From Minutocellus sp. GHC0000111 (taxonomy: Eukaryota), in the NCBI GenBank assembly GCA_977018835.1, contig OZ361261.1, positions 1,922,001 through 1,986,000 on the forward strand: a stretch of 64,000 nt of DNA, written 5' to 3'. The notes under the pieces were generated by a model. It saw only the letters and a program-made list of their open reading frames with translations. It had not been told where the DNA came from and ran no database searches. Positions 22,357-35,772 of the stretch are shown here, in pieces. Positions within the stretch are counted from its first letter, which is position 1. Every line of letters starts with the position of its first letter. Both the position numbers and the translations under genes were made by a program.

Positions 22357-23420
22357 ATGACGAACGAAATCCCAACTACAATGAAGCGGCTGGTCGTCAA
22401 GGAACCAGGGGAAAATGTTGAGACATGCAAAATCGAGGTCGAATCGGTGCCCGTTCCTGAGCCCCGAAGTGGTGAGCTGCTGATCAAGGTGGTAGCGGCA
22501 CCCATCAACCCCTCTGACTATGTCGAATGGTACAAATCGAACCCATCCAAGTATCCACTGCCAATGGGCAAGGAGGGTTGTGGCATTATCGTCAAAAGAG
22601 GCGGTGGCTTGGCGACGTACCGCTTTTCCGTCGGTTCATGCGTTGGCTTTATCGGCCTAAAAGGAAAGCAGGGTTCGTATTCCGAGTACATTACGATTGC
22701 CGCCACCGGGTGCTTTACAATGCCCGATGATGTTCCAATTGAAGACTGTGCATCCTTTTTTATCAACCCATACACTGCCATTGGTATTATTGACACAGCC
22801 AAGAATAAGGAGGGTAGCTCTGCATTCGTCCATACCGCTGCGGCCAGTCAATTGGGACAGATGATTGTGAAGCTAGCCCCACAAGAAGATGTTACGGTGA
22901 TCAATGTCGTGAGGAGAGACGAGCAGGCCGATATATTGAAGCAGCTCGGTGCGGAGCATATCGTCGTCACGGGCTCCAGTACAAATGACGAAGACGTTGC
23001 CAAGTGGAAGGAGGAACTAAAGTCCAAAATCAAGGAGTTGGGTGCAACCTGTGCGTTTGATGCCGTATCAGGACGCATGACTGGCGACCTTCTTGATTGT
23101 GTGCCCCCCAAGGGACCGCATTTACATATGGTGGTCTGGCTGGTTTAGCAGGCAATATCGACCCATCCGATCTGATATATCGCGAGAAGAAGCTGAAAGG
23201 ATTCTTCTTGACGAGCTGGATCCAAGACGGGGGGATGATTAGTATGGTGCCTCGTATGCTCAAGGCATCAAGCAAGGTGAATGCCGGATTGAAAGGACCA
23301 GATGGCTGGAGCAGTACACAATTCGAAGACACAACTCTGGAGAAGGCGCATGATTCCATCGTGGGCTTGCTGGGGAGCAGCATCACTGGGAAAAAGCTTC
23401 GCATTAGGTTTGACCAGTAG
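22357..23420 (+). CDS. MDR-family NAD(P)-dependent oxidoreductase (quinone/enoyl-reductase-like); frameshift ~23112
   Basis: ELLIKVVAAPINPSD, PMGKEGCG, FFINPYTA, VHTAAASQLG, AFDAVSG. A one-base addition joins to GTAFTYGGL...LKGFFLTSW. Confidence 0.88.
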
Positions 23421-23585
23421 ATCTAGCTACGTAGCTAGCTGGAGCTGCGTGCAGCCTAGGAATTCTAATATCTTGAGGCATGACAATTTTTAATCTTATG
23501 TTCGTACAACGAATACGTAGACAAATTATCACATAGCGCCCCTTCAAATTAGCTTTTCCTCTTGGGGTGTTTCGTACAAGTAACC

Positions 23586-25405
23586 TCACGGTCCAAAACA
23601 GTGCATCTCTTCGTGCCCTCCGGGCAGGATCGGGTGGGGATTCCACACACCAAGGGCCCGCTCCCACAATTTGAGGCTGGCGGGCAGGTTGGGGATATCG
23701 CTGGCATCACATGGCCTGCCGCCATTGGACAGCACCACGCAATGCGCCTCGCCCTTGCTCGGATCCTCGCGGATCCGCACCCTGCGGCGGCCCACGGACG
23801 ATGCACGCCACGCCTCGTCGCCGAAGAAGCCGTCGAGGATGGTATACACCAGCTCGAAGGCGTCGCCCCCTGCACGGGCCTCTGCGAGCATCCGACGCAG
23901 CTCGAGGGCCGGCACCGTGTAGCGCACAAAGGGCTCCTCGCCCCGCTCGAAGGCCGGCGGGGGCAAAGCCCACGAGCCAAGGACTCGTCCCATAGCAAAG
24001 TTGAACTGGCGTCCGGTGTGGTTGGCATCTCGAAGGACCTGCGTCGCCCGTGGAGTGATGACGCTGCTGATCTCGCCGGGGTAGAGGGCATTAATGACCG
24101 ACGACGTCGACGACTCGACGCGGACAATCTCACCGCTCCACCGCAGGAGGTTGGTCGGTACGAGCAGGTGATTGCTCCCACCGAGCATCCGCAGATTGCC
24201 ATACATGTTGGACGAACCGAGGTCCTGGATGCCAAATATGGGACCCGCGAAGGCATGGAACCACGCCAAGGCAACGAGACACGGCCCCAGGAGCGAGGAG
24301 TAGATCCCGCCCTGATTGCTATTCGTGGAGTCTTTGCCCACGGCCCCAGTGCCCTTGCTCGTTGCATTCGTACTAGTAGGTGTGGTTGGAAACCACCCAA
24401 TATCGTATACGAGACCTCGAAGCAGCACAGCGATCATGAGGACAAGAGTCGGGACGCTCCAGTCGAGTCCCCCGACGAACATGATGGACATTTTGGCCCG
24501 CCTCGCCCTCCGACGCCGCGGAGCCGCTCCCCCCCGCCGCCGTCGCTCGGGCTGCACCGGTAGCGACGGCTACGGCGACGGCAAGGACGGCGACGGCAAG
24601 GACGGCGCCCAGTCCCCCGAGTCCGGCCAGACCGTGTGGCCAGCTGGTACCCACCGTCATGGCGTCGGGACTGAGGAATGCCGGCAACCGGGCCGCCATA
24701 ATGACCGAGAAGGCACCAATGTTGTTGGGAGGGGGCGTAACGGCGATGGCCAGATGGAGGAGGAGGGCAAGGACGACGCCGAGGGGGGCGGCACATCTGC
24801 CCCCGCGGCCGGCTGCTGCCGCTACGAGCGCCAGGCTGAGGAGGGCCTCCCCCCCGACCACCAGGACGGGCGCCAACGACACCACGGCTGCCAAGTGATC
24901 TGGCGTGGCAAAGGCGAGGTCGGCGGGCAGGTAGGCCGCGAGGAGCTGGGCCATATACGGCGACGCGCACGAGTACCGATGGTCCAGGAAGGACGTGTTG
25001 AGCTTGAAGAAGGCCGCCGACAGGTACCACCCGGCGAGCTGCCACCTCATTACGCGGCTGGTCTCCACGACGACCTCCCGCCGCTGACGGGGGGAAAGCG
25101 ACAGCGAAGGTGACGAGATCATCCGAGCCAGGAGCGACAGGAGCAATGCCAGGTCCGTCTGGGCGCACCAGTACAGCGATTCCCACGCGTTCGGAAACAC
25201 GGCCACCGTGTTGGCATAGATGCGGCACATGAGGGCAGCGCACAGCGTTGGGGGCCATGCCGCGCCGGTGAGGACGGCGACGACCAGCAGCGCCGCCTGC
25301 AGCCGATCGAACGGTGTGGCCAGCTGGGCATAGGACAGGATGAGACCCTGCTGCAGGCACCAGATGAGCGACAGAGACGCAAGGGCGTCTCGTCCGCGCG
25401 GCATG
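23586..25405 (-). CDS. HTTM-like multi-pass membrane protein; frameshift in C-run ~24528-24535; GC-rich
   Basis: Multiple TM helices with WYLSAAFFKLNTSFLD..YSCA, GVVLALLLHLAIA, then SSNMYGNLRM.GGSNHLLVPT. ORFs 24373..25437 and 23586..24557 join. Confidence 0.65.
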
Positions 25406-25746
25406 CTGCGATAACTAGCTAGCTGCGGCAGCACCACTCCACGATTAGCACTTCGTCAAGTTACTAGGAGGCACTTAGTCCTCCCCAGACACCAGCATGA
25501 GCTCGGCCTACCTCTTGCCCTCATCGGCTCGCTCTCGCTCTGCTCCACATTTTTGCTGAAATGCCGCGAAACGCTCGAATGACCGTCCGTCCGCCGTCCA
25601 TTGGGTGGAAAAGGCCTTCCGGATCCACGAAGCCTACCTGCATGCGCCAAGCGATGAGGAGAACATGAGAACGCTTTTGATGGGGGATCATAAAACTGAC
25701 TGCAAGCAGACTGCACGGAAGACACCACCGCGAAAGCAACATTATT

Positions 25747-26803
25747 ATGGCGCGCGAGAATACCAGGTAAGATTATTTGATTCGAAGATATCAGTGGTGA
25801 CTTGGTATGGTGGTACCGCGGTGAAATACAATTGTAGATTCGATTCATGCGTGAATTGCTGTCATGAAGTCAAGCTACCGTAGTCGAAAAGTGCAAGAGA
25901 GCGAACTAAAGTATCAGTCAACTTTGGCCTCCATGTGCAGGATTTGTTCATGGACATTTATTTGTGCTCACTGCTTACATGCACGTAATGTCTGACCGGC
26001 TCACTCATGCTTACGTCTCATTTCTCACTCGTTCCTCGTTTCTTCTCGTCTCGTGACGATTCTCGCTTTCTACCCACTTCCATTTGACTCTGATGCAGAG
26101 AATCACGTGCCGGGCTCGGCTGCACCGGTCTCTACATAATCGCCGCGTTTGGTCTAATTATATCCGCCGTAAGTTATTATATTATGCCTTGGTATTTGAC
26201 TTTGCCCGGGCCCAACCTCCTTCTTATCAACTGACTTCCTCTTGTTGAAATGTATTGCATGTGCTCAAACAAATATAAATGCAGACCGTCCTGTGCAACT
26301 TTGTGAAGGTGACCGGAACAGTAAACGGCGAAGTCGTATCGATTGCTCGTGGCATCTGGAAGGGTCAAGAGTTCGTGGATTCGCCTGGGTGTGCATCATA
26401 TTCCTCCATCAGCCTCGATACCAAGTGGAAATCTTCGCAAGCCATGTCCATCCTGGCCTCCTTCACAGCGATATTGGCAACCTGGCCACTCGTGTGTGCC
26501 TGCGGCAGGCAGCTGACCATGTCCACCGTCCTCAACATCGGCTCCAACTGTACCTGGTCTTGTCTCTGGTCCGGATTAACTCTGCTCATGCTTCGAAGCA
26601 ATGCCTGCCAGGCGGCTGATCTCACCGATCCCAAATGCGAGCTTGATACTGGAGCAAAGTGCGCCATTGCCGCTACGGTCCTGTTCTTCATGGCATCCAT
26701 GGCAATTTCATGTTCTATTGCCGTGGCTACCGTTGTTAAGGTGGCCGAGGCAGAGCAGGAGAAGCAGGCGGCTGCCGAAAAGGACGAGGAACAGGGCAAA
26801 TAA
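25747..26803 (+). CDS. Claudin-like 4-TM protein; exons ~25747-25766, 26099-26168, 26285-26803
   Basis: Splicing gives MARENTRESRAGLGCTGLYIIAAFGLIISATVLCNF...GIW...C...W..SQAMSILA...CELDTGAKCAIAATVLFF. GT-AG sites are consistent with the frame. Confidence 0.65.
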
Positions 26804-27036
26804 TAAATGAGCGCGGAGCACTTTCACCCGCTGACAGAAAGGGAGGAATTGAATACGTGTAGGGATCCCCTGTAATGAAAAAATATGTCTGTTTTATACA
26901 ATCAGTGCTAGGTCGTGGTTTTGCTACTTCTATCAAGCGCTTCCGAGAAATATTCGCGAAAAACACGCGCTTAATCACTGCCTAAAACTCAGGTCCGCCC
27001 GAATGAATGTGAAAACCCATCTGTGTTTGCCAGCAT

Positions 27037-27567
27037 CTATTGGTATTCCTCAGGTAACGTGAAGGTGCTCATGGTCTCCTGTCCTTGGCTGTCCTGATGC
27101 AATGCGCCGGTCAGCGGCATGTGATCCCAATGCAACTGCAGCTGGACGTCCTTCCCCCGCAACTCATCGGCCTGATCGACCAGCGCATACTTGACGAAGA
27201 TGTTGTCCTGCTTCAACACCTTGGCATCGTCGGGGCCGGTCGCCTCCACGATTTTGTCCCACAGAATGATTTGATTCCGCGGATTGGTCTCGGTGGCATA
27301 CTCGGCCACGACATACACGAACAGCTGCTTGATGTTCCAGTGAAAGGCCGGTCGGAGGTCGGCATGAATGTCAAACGAGAGGAGGGCCCGGTCCACTCCG
27401 CCGTGCGATTTGAGCGATCGGAGGGTGTTGAGGCTGAGGTCGTGAATGATGGGCTTGGTCCGGTTGGAGTGGCCGTATTTGCTCAGTGCAGCCAGAATGG
27501 ACAATCCCAACAGGACGGTCAGACCGAAGAACACCACGGCATTTAATCGTACCCAAACAGTGTTCAT
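27037..27567 (-). CDS. SPCS3: Signal peptidase complex subunit 3 (SPC22/23)
   Basis: MNTVWVRLNAV, FDIHADLRPAFHWNIKQLFVYVVAEY, NQIILWDKI, KYALVDQ. Confidence 0.93.
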   Translation of the reverse strand: MNTVWVRLNAVVFFGLTVLLGLSILAALSKYGHSNRTKPIIHDLSLNTLRSLKSHGGVDRALLSFDIHADLRPAFHWNIKQLFVYVVAEYATETNPRNQIILWDKIVEATGPDDAKVLKQDNIFVKYALVDQADELRGKDVQLQLHWDHMPLTGALHQDSQGQETMSTFTLPEEYQ

Positions 27568-28169
27568 TGTATTGTATTATTTAGCGTGCGTCGTGGGGGT
27601 TGGACGTGGTCAGCTGGGAGCGGACACGCAACACTGAGATGATCCGGAGCGTCAATTGATAAAGCGATGCCGGTCGCAATAGAATGTGCAAATGGACGTG
27701 ATCAGCAGCGATAGAGCAGGCTACAGGTGGCAGCAGCAAACAGTAAACCGCCGCATTCATCGCGGCCATCGTTGCGTTTCTCTCATCGAGATCCGACGAC
27801 GAAAAGACCAGTTCTTTCGTCCGTCCTTCCGTCGCCCTCGCGATCGCCTCATCATCAGTCATCGCATCTGCTGCTACTAGCTAGGCCTAGCTAGCTAGAA
27901 GTAGCTACGTAGCTAGGCTATCTATCTCGAGCTCGCGAGAGCCGCGATTTTCTTTCCCACACCGAGTGGGCGCCATTATCAGCGCGCTCTCCGAGGGCAC
28001 TTCGTGATTGCTACGAAGTGGTGAGAAGGACAACAGCAGACTGGCACCGACTGACTGACTGACTGTGATGCTGTGACACATGTGTGTGTGTGTGTGCGCG
28101 CACGAGAGTCGCACGCAGAGAGTCAAGATCATCTACTACGTAGCTAGCAGACTAGATCTACACATGTAA

Positions 28170-29040
28170 CATGCACAATGTCCGGGAAGTGGCCGCCTTC
28201 GGCTTCTACCCGCGCAACGGGCACGAACCTCTCTCTCCAGACACCATGATGATGCTAAAGCTCGCGCCTCAGCAGCCTTGTCTCACAAAGCCCCCCCCCT
28301 CGGCCAGCCAGCCCGGTTTCCGTCCTGGCTGGAGAAAAACCACCTAAGGACGCCACCTACCTTCCAGATGCCCTCCTTGGTCGAGGTGCCCCAAATCACG
28401 GGCGCCGGTGCTGCCTCTGCGGCCGGTCCGATCGACCACTGGCTCCGCCAAAACTTCCCGCAGGACGACCCGGTCCTCCTCCGCCTTGACGGCGAGCCGC
28501 CACTCACATCATGCGCACTGAACAATGCTGGCGCCGACTCCCAACCAACCACTTGCCCACACATCCTCCCTGGCACCTTGGCCACCACAGCCCCCGCCAG
28601 TCTCTTCACACCATTCGCTCCCAGCAGGAGGAGGAAGCGCGGGTCGCCGAATGGCGATGGAGCCTGTCGGACCCACGCCCAGACAACAAAAGCACCCGCT
28701 GGAACCTCCTTGCCTTCCCCTCCCATGCGGAACCCCTCACACCGGACGAACTCGGCAGCCGCGTCCCACAGCGTTCGGAGACACCATCCGCCTAGACCCT
28801 GAGTGCTCAGACCGTCGAATGCCATGCGCCCGCACCATCGATGGCCTCCAACCTGCGGCCCTCGCCGCCTCCGATGCCCAGAGGTCTGCAATCGGACGGA
28901 TTCGGCACACTGCTGCACAACTAACTCAACTCCTTCCCTGTCCTCGCCTCCGACGCTGGACGAGCCGTTATCAACGGCGAGGCCTACGTCGTCGCGGCAG
29001 CAGTCCTGTGCACAATAGACCTTCGACAGATTGACATCAC
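28170..29040. other. Probable degenerate repeat/TE fragment (Pro-rich broken ORFs, TpA-poor), next to a TA-palindrome tract
   Basis: Broken + strand ORFs with His/Cys-rich, Tyr-free translation. No homology recognised. Confidence 0.35.
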
Positions 29041-29044
29041 CTCC

Positions 29045-30523
29045 TCAACGGACTGGGAATCCCTCCCTACCATCCCCCTCCTCGCCGTATACCGCCCAAA
29101 ATTCGGAATGGATCTTGTCTTCGTGACCCTTGTTCCATGGCTTGTTCGGGCCGGACCAGTGCATGCGACAGACCTCATCGCGAAGTGCACCAGTATCGTC
29201 GACATTGACGTATCTCATCTTGACGTTCCAGCTCTTGGGCAAATGCTCAAAGTGAGTCTTGACGGCCAAGGCCAGCGGTGGTTGCGATCCGGTGTAGTAC
29301 CAGTTCTGATATCGGTTGGCTAGGGTGATTTCTCGGATCTTGTCGGTGAGCTGTTGAGCTCTCCATCTGTTTGTTGAAAAGGTGAAGAAATGATGACCAT
29401 AAAGCGTCAGATCGAGACGTATGCTGCGAAAAGAAGAGCAAAAACTAAAGCACCAGCATCAAACTTACCTGTCCAATTGCATGAGATAAACGCCGGCGTT
29501 GAAGCTTATCTCCTCGTCGCCGTATATTCTTCTCCCACGTCCACTGAGGCCGATGGGATAACCCGTCCGCGGTACCGCCGCGACGGCAGGTAGGTTCAAA
29601 ATGTCCCCGCTGTGCGATTCCTCCTCCTCATTAAAGGTATTCTTGAATAATTGTACCACGTCGCACTGAACGATCGTGTCGGCATCGATCCACATGGCCT
29701 TTGACTGCTTGGGCAACAGCTCATGGACGACGAACCGCACGTAGTTGGCTGGCTCCGTGTTCAACTCGGAGTTCTTGCCGGATCGAGCGTATGTAGGGTT
29801 CGTAAACTCTTCGAGTTTGTAGCGCTTGACGACCTGGGACAGCTTGCGGAACCGCACCTGGGGCATGTCGTCCATCCCCGGCAGCGGCGTGTCGCCAATG
29901 TAGAGGAATTCGACCGGCCCGGATGCGTGCATGAGAACCGAACGGATGGAGGCCACGACGCCTGGCTGCTGTTCCTTGTCGGACGAGTATACCAGGACCG
30001 GACCGTGCCGTTGGGAGATGCTGCCACTGCTGCTGCCCAGGCCACCGCCTATTAACCTTCCGCTACTACTACGACCAAAGCCTAGGCCGCCATAGAAGAA
30101 TCCGCCGGTAACACTGGCCACGAACAGGACAGCCCCGGCGGCCCAAAGGGCGAAGCTCCGCCTTGTTTTGGGCGCTGTGTCCGTCACGGCACGACATCCG
30201 TTGGGAGAGAGCAGGTCGACGTCGAGACGATTTTCCATCATCAAATCGTCATGCTGCGGACACCGGCACCATCCGCCGCTTCCCTCCGCAGGCTCACCTG
30301 GCGATTCGACGAAGGAATCCACGCTGCCATCGTCGTCGTCGTCATCGATGTCGTTGGCGGCAGCGCAGCTATTATTCTCGAAATAGGACGACCCATAAAG
30401 TGGCGGCACGGTTCCTGCTACTTCGGTAGACCGGCCAAAATCACTGCCACACAAGTTATCCTCATTGCGCAGAGATATCTGCGATGGATGGGCATCCTGC
30501 CCCCGTCGGCTGGAATCCATCAC
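29045..30523 (-). CDS. Glycosyltransferase family 8, type II membrane protein; intron 29367-29468
   Basis: TM anchor, ANYVRF, WIDADTIVQCD (DxD), SFNAGVYLMQLDR|WR, GSQPPL, WNV, MHWSGPNKPW. Confidence 0.9.
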
Positions 30524-31038
30524 TTATTATGCTTCCCAGATAAACTTCCGGCGGTGATGGGTCGGTAACGGGCCGGAAGGTTGCCACAAAAACAATAAAG
30601 ACAAGGCACAACACAGAACACAAAAAGTATATGTAGAGGGGACGTGGAACTGGATTTAACAGAGCATGGGCGAAGGTATTTGATTGTGGTGGAAGTTGAA
30701 TGAAGTTCCCGGGCGCTACAGTGTGTAGTACGAGAGGATACGTTTCCCACCGCCACGGCAATAACAACCACAGAGCGCTTTTTGCTTTTCAAAACTGAAA
30801 TTTTCAGCTGCACGTGCAAGAAGAGCATGCCCAACGGAAACTGGCAGCTCTCAGGATCTGACGAATAATGACGCAAGAGAAAGTAGCAAGTCATTACAAT
30901 TGGCTCTGCAGATGCGCAGAAACAATCAATGTGCACGGCCGGAGATCGAGACGGCCTACACTACATGTATGATGCTCTGTCAAGCTAGCCTCTCTAGCTT
31001 TACATACAACATTCGTATGAAATATTCTTTAACAAAAA

Positions 31039-31152
31039 CTACCGTAGCTACATCAGATCCATTTACATGTAGATCTAGATCTAGTCACTGGAACACATCC
31101 ATCATGTGTCGTCAAAAAGTTTGCTAGATCTAGATCTAGCTAGATCTAGCTA
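31039..31152. repeat. Stacked TA-palindrome-TA tract (putative excision-footprint array)
   Basis: ta-catg-ta-gatc-ta-gatc-ta and ta-gatc-ta-gatc-ta-gc-ta-gatc-ta-gc-ta. Confidence 0.7.
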
Positions 31153-33399
31153 TCAAATCATAACAACCACCTCCTCCATACCTTCCTTATTGTGGTAAGG
31201 ATACACCGCGTTGGGTACTGAGTGAGTGTCAACATACAGCTCGCCCTCAAATCCATCTACAGCAGTCATCACGTTGACAACAAATCGGTCCGATAGAAAG
31301 TCCACTTTTAGAAACGTTTGAAAGCTTGCCGACCCTGAGTAGAATATTGGTATGCGCTCCTTTGATTCTTCCTCTTCCCCGACACTATCCTTCGAAGGAA
31401 ATTCCGAATTGCCATAGACACCCCGCCTGCAACGAAGTGTGTTGTTTAGGATGGCAATTTTCCTTGGTGCCGGACACAGCTTGCGATCTGGACATATATA
31501 GGGTTCATGGAACAAGGTCTGTTCTGGAAGATTGTAATCTGAGCTTGCATTTTGCAAATAAAACATGCTCATCATGCCAGCTTCTGCGTTGCCCCCACAA
31601 GTGCCGGTGCTCCCAGTTTACACTCATCGTATAATTCCGGAGGCAACACTTTGCTGGAGGTGCCGTTTTGGACTTCACTCACATCTGAGACGTCCGTGAT
31701 ACTTGCATTAGTCGAGTTTCCAATTTCGTCTTCGTAGACGAGGGCAGGGGCCACACATTTGCGCATAAGACATCTATGAGAATGGCCAGCAAATATGGCC
31801 TTCACGTTTCGACCAAGAAGTACCTTTTCCAGTGCACCATTCAAGCCTTGTGCCGCATGAACAAAAAGGATTGTGGTCAAATTTGCTTCATTTGCAAGAG
31901 AGATATCTCGGTCTAGCCAAGCAATGGAAGAGCCAAGGCCGATCCCAGCACTCTCAAAGCCTGGGTAGTAGTGCGTGTGGACAAAATGATATCGACCGAC
32001 CTCCCAACTGTATGCCAAACTCGAAGCGTGGTATCGAGCGATCTTGTCGGGGTCAAATTTCGGTATGTTTCCGCATATACCGGATCGAATGTAGCCAAGA
32101 GAGTGAATTGAATTGCAATAAGGCGTGCCAACCCATTGATCTGAACCATACTTTGCGCCCGAACCGTGTTCTACCTCATGATTCCCAAGAGCAGGAAAGT
32201 ACGCGTCTAGGCCGCCAATGTCATGGTAAATGGATTCATACTTGGATCTTTCTTTTGGATGATAGTAGGCTGTAAGATCACCATTCAACACCAAGGTTTT
32301 CGGGGCGGGACTGTTTGTAGCCTCATCGTTTCCGCTGATTAGTCTTTCCATAGCTATTTTCATTTGCTGTTGTATGCCTGCCGACCTTTGCTGTGCACGA
32401 CGAGCAGGTATCTACTCGTGAACATTCTCGTGGAATTTCCAACTGACCAAGGTCTGGCATCTCTCCATCGAACCAGTCCAATTGCGCGTCGGAAGCAATA
32501 ATGTAGGAAAACGAAGCCTCATCATCGCCATCCGGAGTTGCACCACGAGTAGCCCCCGTCCACTTCGTCGACGGCCGGTCAATATCAATGTTTCCCTGTT
32601 GACATTCAGAATATTGACTGTAGCATTTCGGTGTAAATCTCATCGCCTGAACTGACATCATCCGCTTGCCCCGCACATCAATAAGAGATGCGATGGAGAT
32701 CGTAAGAACTATCACAATCCCAATGTTCAAAGCAATGAGCATTATGACTCGGCTGTATCTTCGTGTTCGTCTAGGTGTGCTCTCATTTTGGACTGCGACG
32801 GCAGAATGCTCGTCGTCGAATTCATTTTCCTCCGACATCTCGATGTGCTCTGCTGGTTCTTCTTCATCGACAAAGTCGTACTCATTATTGTTTACATCGA
32901 CACTTGAACCGTCCCCTCTGGCGACTAATACCAACAAGGCAAAGAGCTGGATCAACATGGCGATTGATCCAGCGATTGTCAAGAACCACCACAGCGATGA
33001 GCTCTTCGCCAATCGATCCGAAGACGTTTCCAACTCTTCACCAGCACCTCGAGCACATTGTAGGTATGGGAATGAGTTGCCAAAATGTCCCGGTGCAGTG
33101 AGCTTGGTTTCAACATTCGACCATAGCTCGGTATCGCTAGCAACATTCAGTGCACATCTCCACACCGACGTAGAGTCCAGTGTCGAAAGAAACGTTGTCT
33201 GGTGCGGATCGGCCACATTGGACGGGGTGTATTCTACATCTGCATCACCGATCGTGGAGACTTCCCAGAAGCAGAAATCGTTGCATTTGCGAGGGTTGGA
33301 AAAAGCGTACCATCCCGAGAACCCATCACGAAACCCCGAGTAGCACTTGATGGGATACTGGGAAGACTCCCACACGAGATTATCGGTGGGGTATCTCAT
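31153..33399 (-). CDS. Membrane-anchored calcineurin-like metallophosphoesterase; frameshifts ~32366 and ~31599
   Basis: IIASDAQ, LVLNGDLT, ALGNHE, FVH, IFAGHSH motifs spread over three joinable ORFs. Two TM segments. Confidence 0.8.
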
Positions 33400-33678
33400 T
33401 TTGTTGCTTCATCGTTGCAAACTGACTTGCTTGGCACGGCCGATCCCACGAGCAAGGGAGTTTCGATCGAAGTTGGCGGCAGCAGCAGCTGGATGGCGAA
33501 TACGAGATTGTATACGTACGTTGATGTCGCGTCTGAAGCTACGTACGTACAGTATACTTACAGAACGTACGTACTTGGCTCTACTCTTTCAGGCAGATTT
33601 ATTGGCGGGTCTTGACACCCCTTCAGCAGAGGCGAGCTCACCAAAGATCGCAAGGCGTTTATCTTGAAATCCGCCAGC

Positions 33679-35023
33679 ATGAAACTTCGCTGTCTCATTC
33701 TTCTTCCAGCCATCAGTCTTCTTGATGCGCCGAAATCATCAGCCTTCATTTCCCTTCCTGCGACCCGTCCTCGGGCATCAACGACTCCTCTCTACAGCAC
33801 TCAAAGTGAAAAAGAGGCCAAAGATATCGACGAAAATGCAATCTTTGCCGATGCAGATGCCACGGTCAAGAAGCTGTCCGATGAGCAGCAGGACCGAGAG
33901 GTTCGATCGCTCGTCGCCGAAGACGAGTGGAGCGGCCTTGCGATGGAGATGACGCGTGTAATCGGCAAGGCCATCATCGAAGATGCCAAAAAGAAGAAAG
34001 TCAAGCTCAAGACCAAGACCGACACATTTATGGGCACCGATGACTACACCACGTCTGATGTGTTGAATGCGTTGGATCAGAAGGTCAAAAGCGAAGTAGC
34101 CAATCTTCGCGGCAAAGAAGAGTGTGAGTAAATACATACATGTAGATGTAGCCTGTATTTTGTATTACGGTATGGTCACAATATATGTTGTTCTTGCTTT
34201 TACGAATTGATCATCCAACATTCAACATCCTTGTATCTATTGAATCTATTTTGTCTCCACTTTTCTACCTACAGACGAGATCGGCGACCTCGCTTTGGCT
34301 CTTGATGAAATCTCAAAGGATCTGGCCTGCAAGGTCATTGGCAAGGATGGCGTATACGAATTTGGAGATCTTTCTCGCGAAGTCGACAGCAGGATCAAGA
34401 ATGTCGTCGCTGGTTATTGTGGAAAGGATACATACGAATGTAAGCTGTGTCGATGTAGAGTTTAGTGCACTTCTATTGCGTCTTTCATAATACAGATCAC
34501 TCATCCTTTATCCTACTTTTTAATTTTAACCGCAAAATCACAGTTGGAGATCTCTCAGCTGAAGTAAAAAAGCGAACCAAGGCCCGCGTACTTAATTTCA
34601 CTGGCAAAGATGAGTGGCACTTTGGAGACATTGCCAGGGAGGTGAACAACAGACGTCAAGAATGGGCCAAGGACTATCTTGGAGAGGAAGTATGGGAAAA
34701 CTACGAGAGCGGAGATTTCACCAAGAAGGTTCTGAGCGACCTTAAGGCTCTCAAGAATGACTACAGCGTTGGAGATGGTAAGTGCCGGCCTTAGCTTAAT
34801 GTATTTTGATGAATTAATTTTTGCGTTTGATTGCGCAACTCTATCGTTCATCCTCACGGTGCTACTTATTGTTTTCTCCTGGGGGTTTCCGCATCCAGCT
34901 TCGAAAGATGCAGCGAAGAAGGTCGTTAAGAAGGCGGCCAAGGCAGCCAAAAATAAGCTCATGTCAAAGATGAAGGGTGCCTTTGGAAGTACCTCCGATC
35001 CTTCTCCTTCAGCAGAAAAATGA
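33679..35023 (+). CDS. Plastid-targeted protein with repeated 'Y(E)xGD(L/I)' helical units; exons 33679-34123, 34275-34439, 34544-34777, 34899-35023
   Basis: Signal + SSA-FI. The spliced product has KEEYEIGDL, VYEFGDL, TYEFGDL, WHFGDI, YESGDF, YSVGDA. Confidence 0.75.
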
Positions 35024-35772
35024 TGCACTACACACAAGGAGAGATTGATATGATGGGCGGTGAGAGAAATAAAGCGAACTACATTTACAACAAGAAGAAC
35101 CAAATGAATAATGATATCACCCGATCCCCAACCAACCACCAAAGTCAAGAGAATCAACAACAGAATCTAGGAAAAGCGATTAATTTGCCACGACGAATCG
35201 AATCAATCAACCTGGATATAGATCTTGGAGCTGTACCAGGTTATTATACATGTATATATTGATCTAGATCTAGCTCTGCTGTAGCTAGCTAGGCACAAAT
35301 AAAAGAATAGATGTGCAAACAAGCAGCCTGTACATGTAAAATATTGATAGTCAGGACGTAAGTGATGCACAATGACCATCGGGACGGGGGGCGTCTAGCT
35401 AGGAATTCCTATTTGACTGACTTACATGAATGCACCGGTACATGTACTACCTTTCCCGGTAGACCAGAGTTTATAGGCCTACTTACATACCGGTAAATCT
35501 ACATGTATCAATTCTACATGTACACGCGCGCTCTCCTCAATCCTTCGGCCTCGCCGCCTTTTCGCGACTTCCTCGTCTTGCTTCGTTCGCGCTCTCGCGC
35601 ACACGTTCGCTCCGTCCGCCGTCGCGTCGCATCGCTCGCATCGCATCGCGCGGGCGCGCTTTCGACATTCGTCATTGGCCTTTGTCATTTATTTTGAAGG
35701 CAGACAGCTTGCAAGCTGCTGTCTGCTGCTAACCTGCTGATTACCGTTATTGTTGTCTCTTGTCAGATTCAA

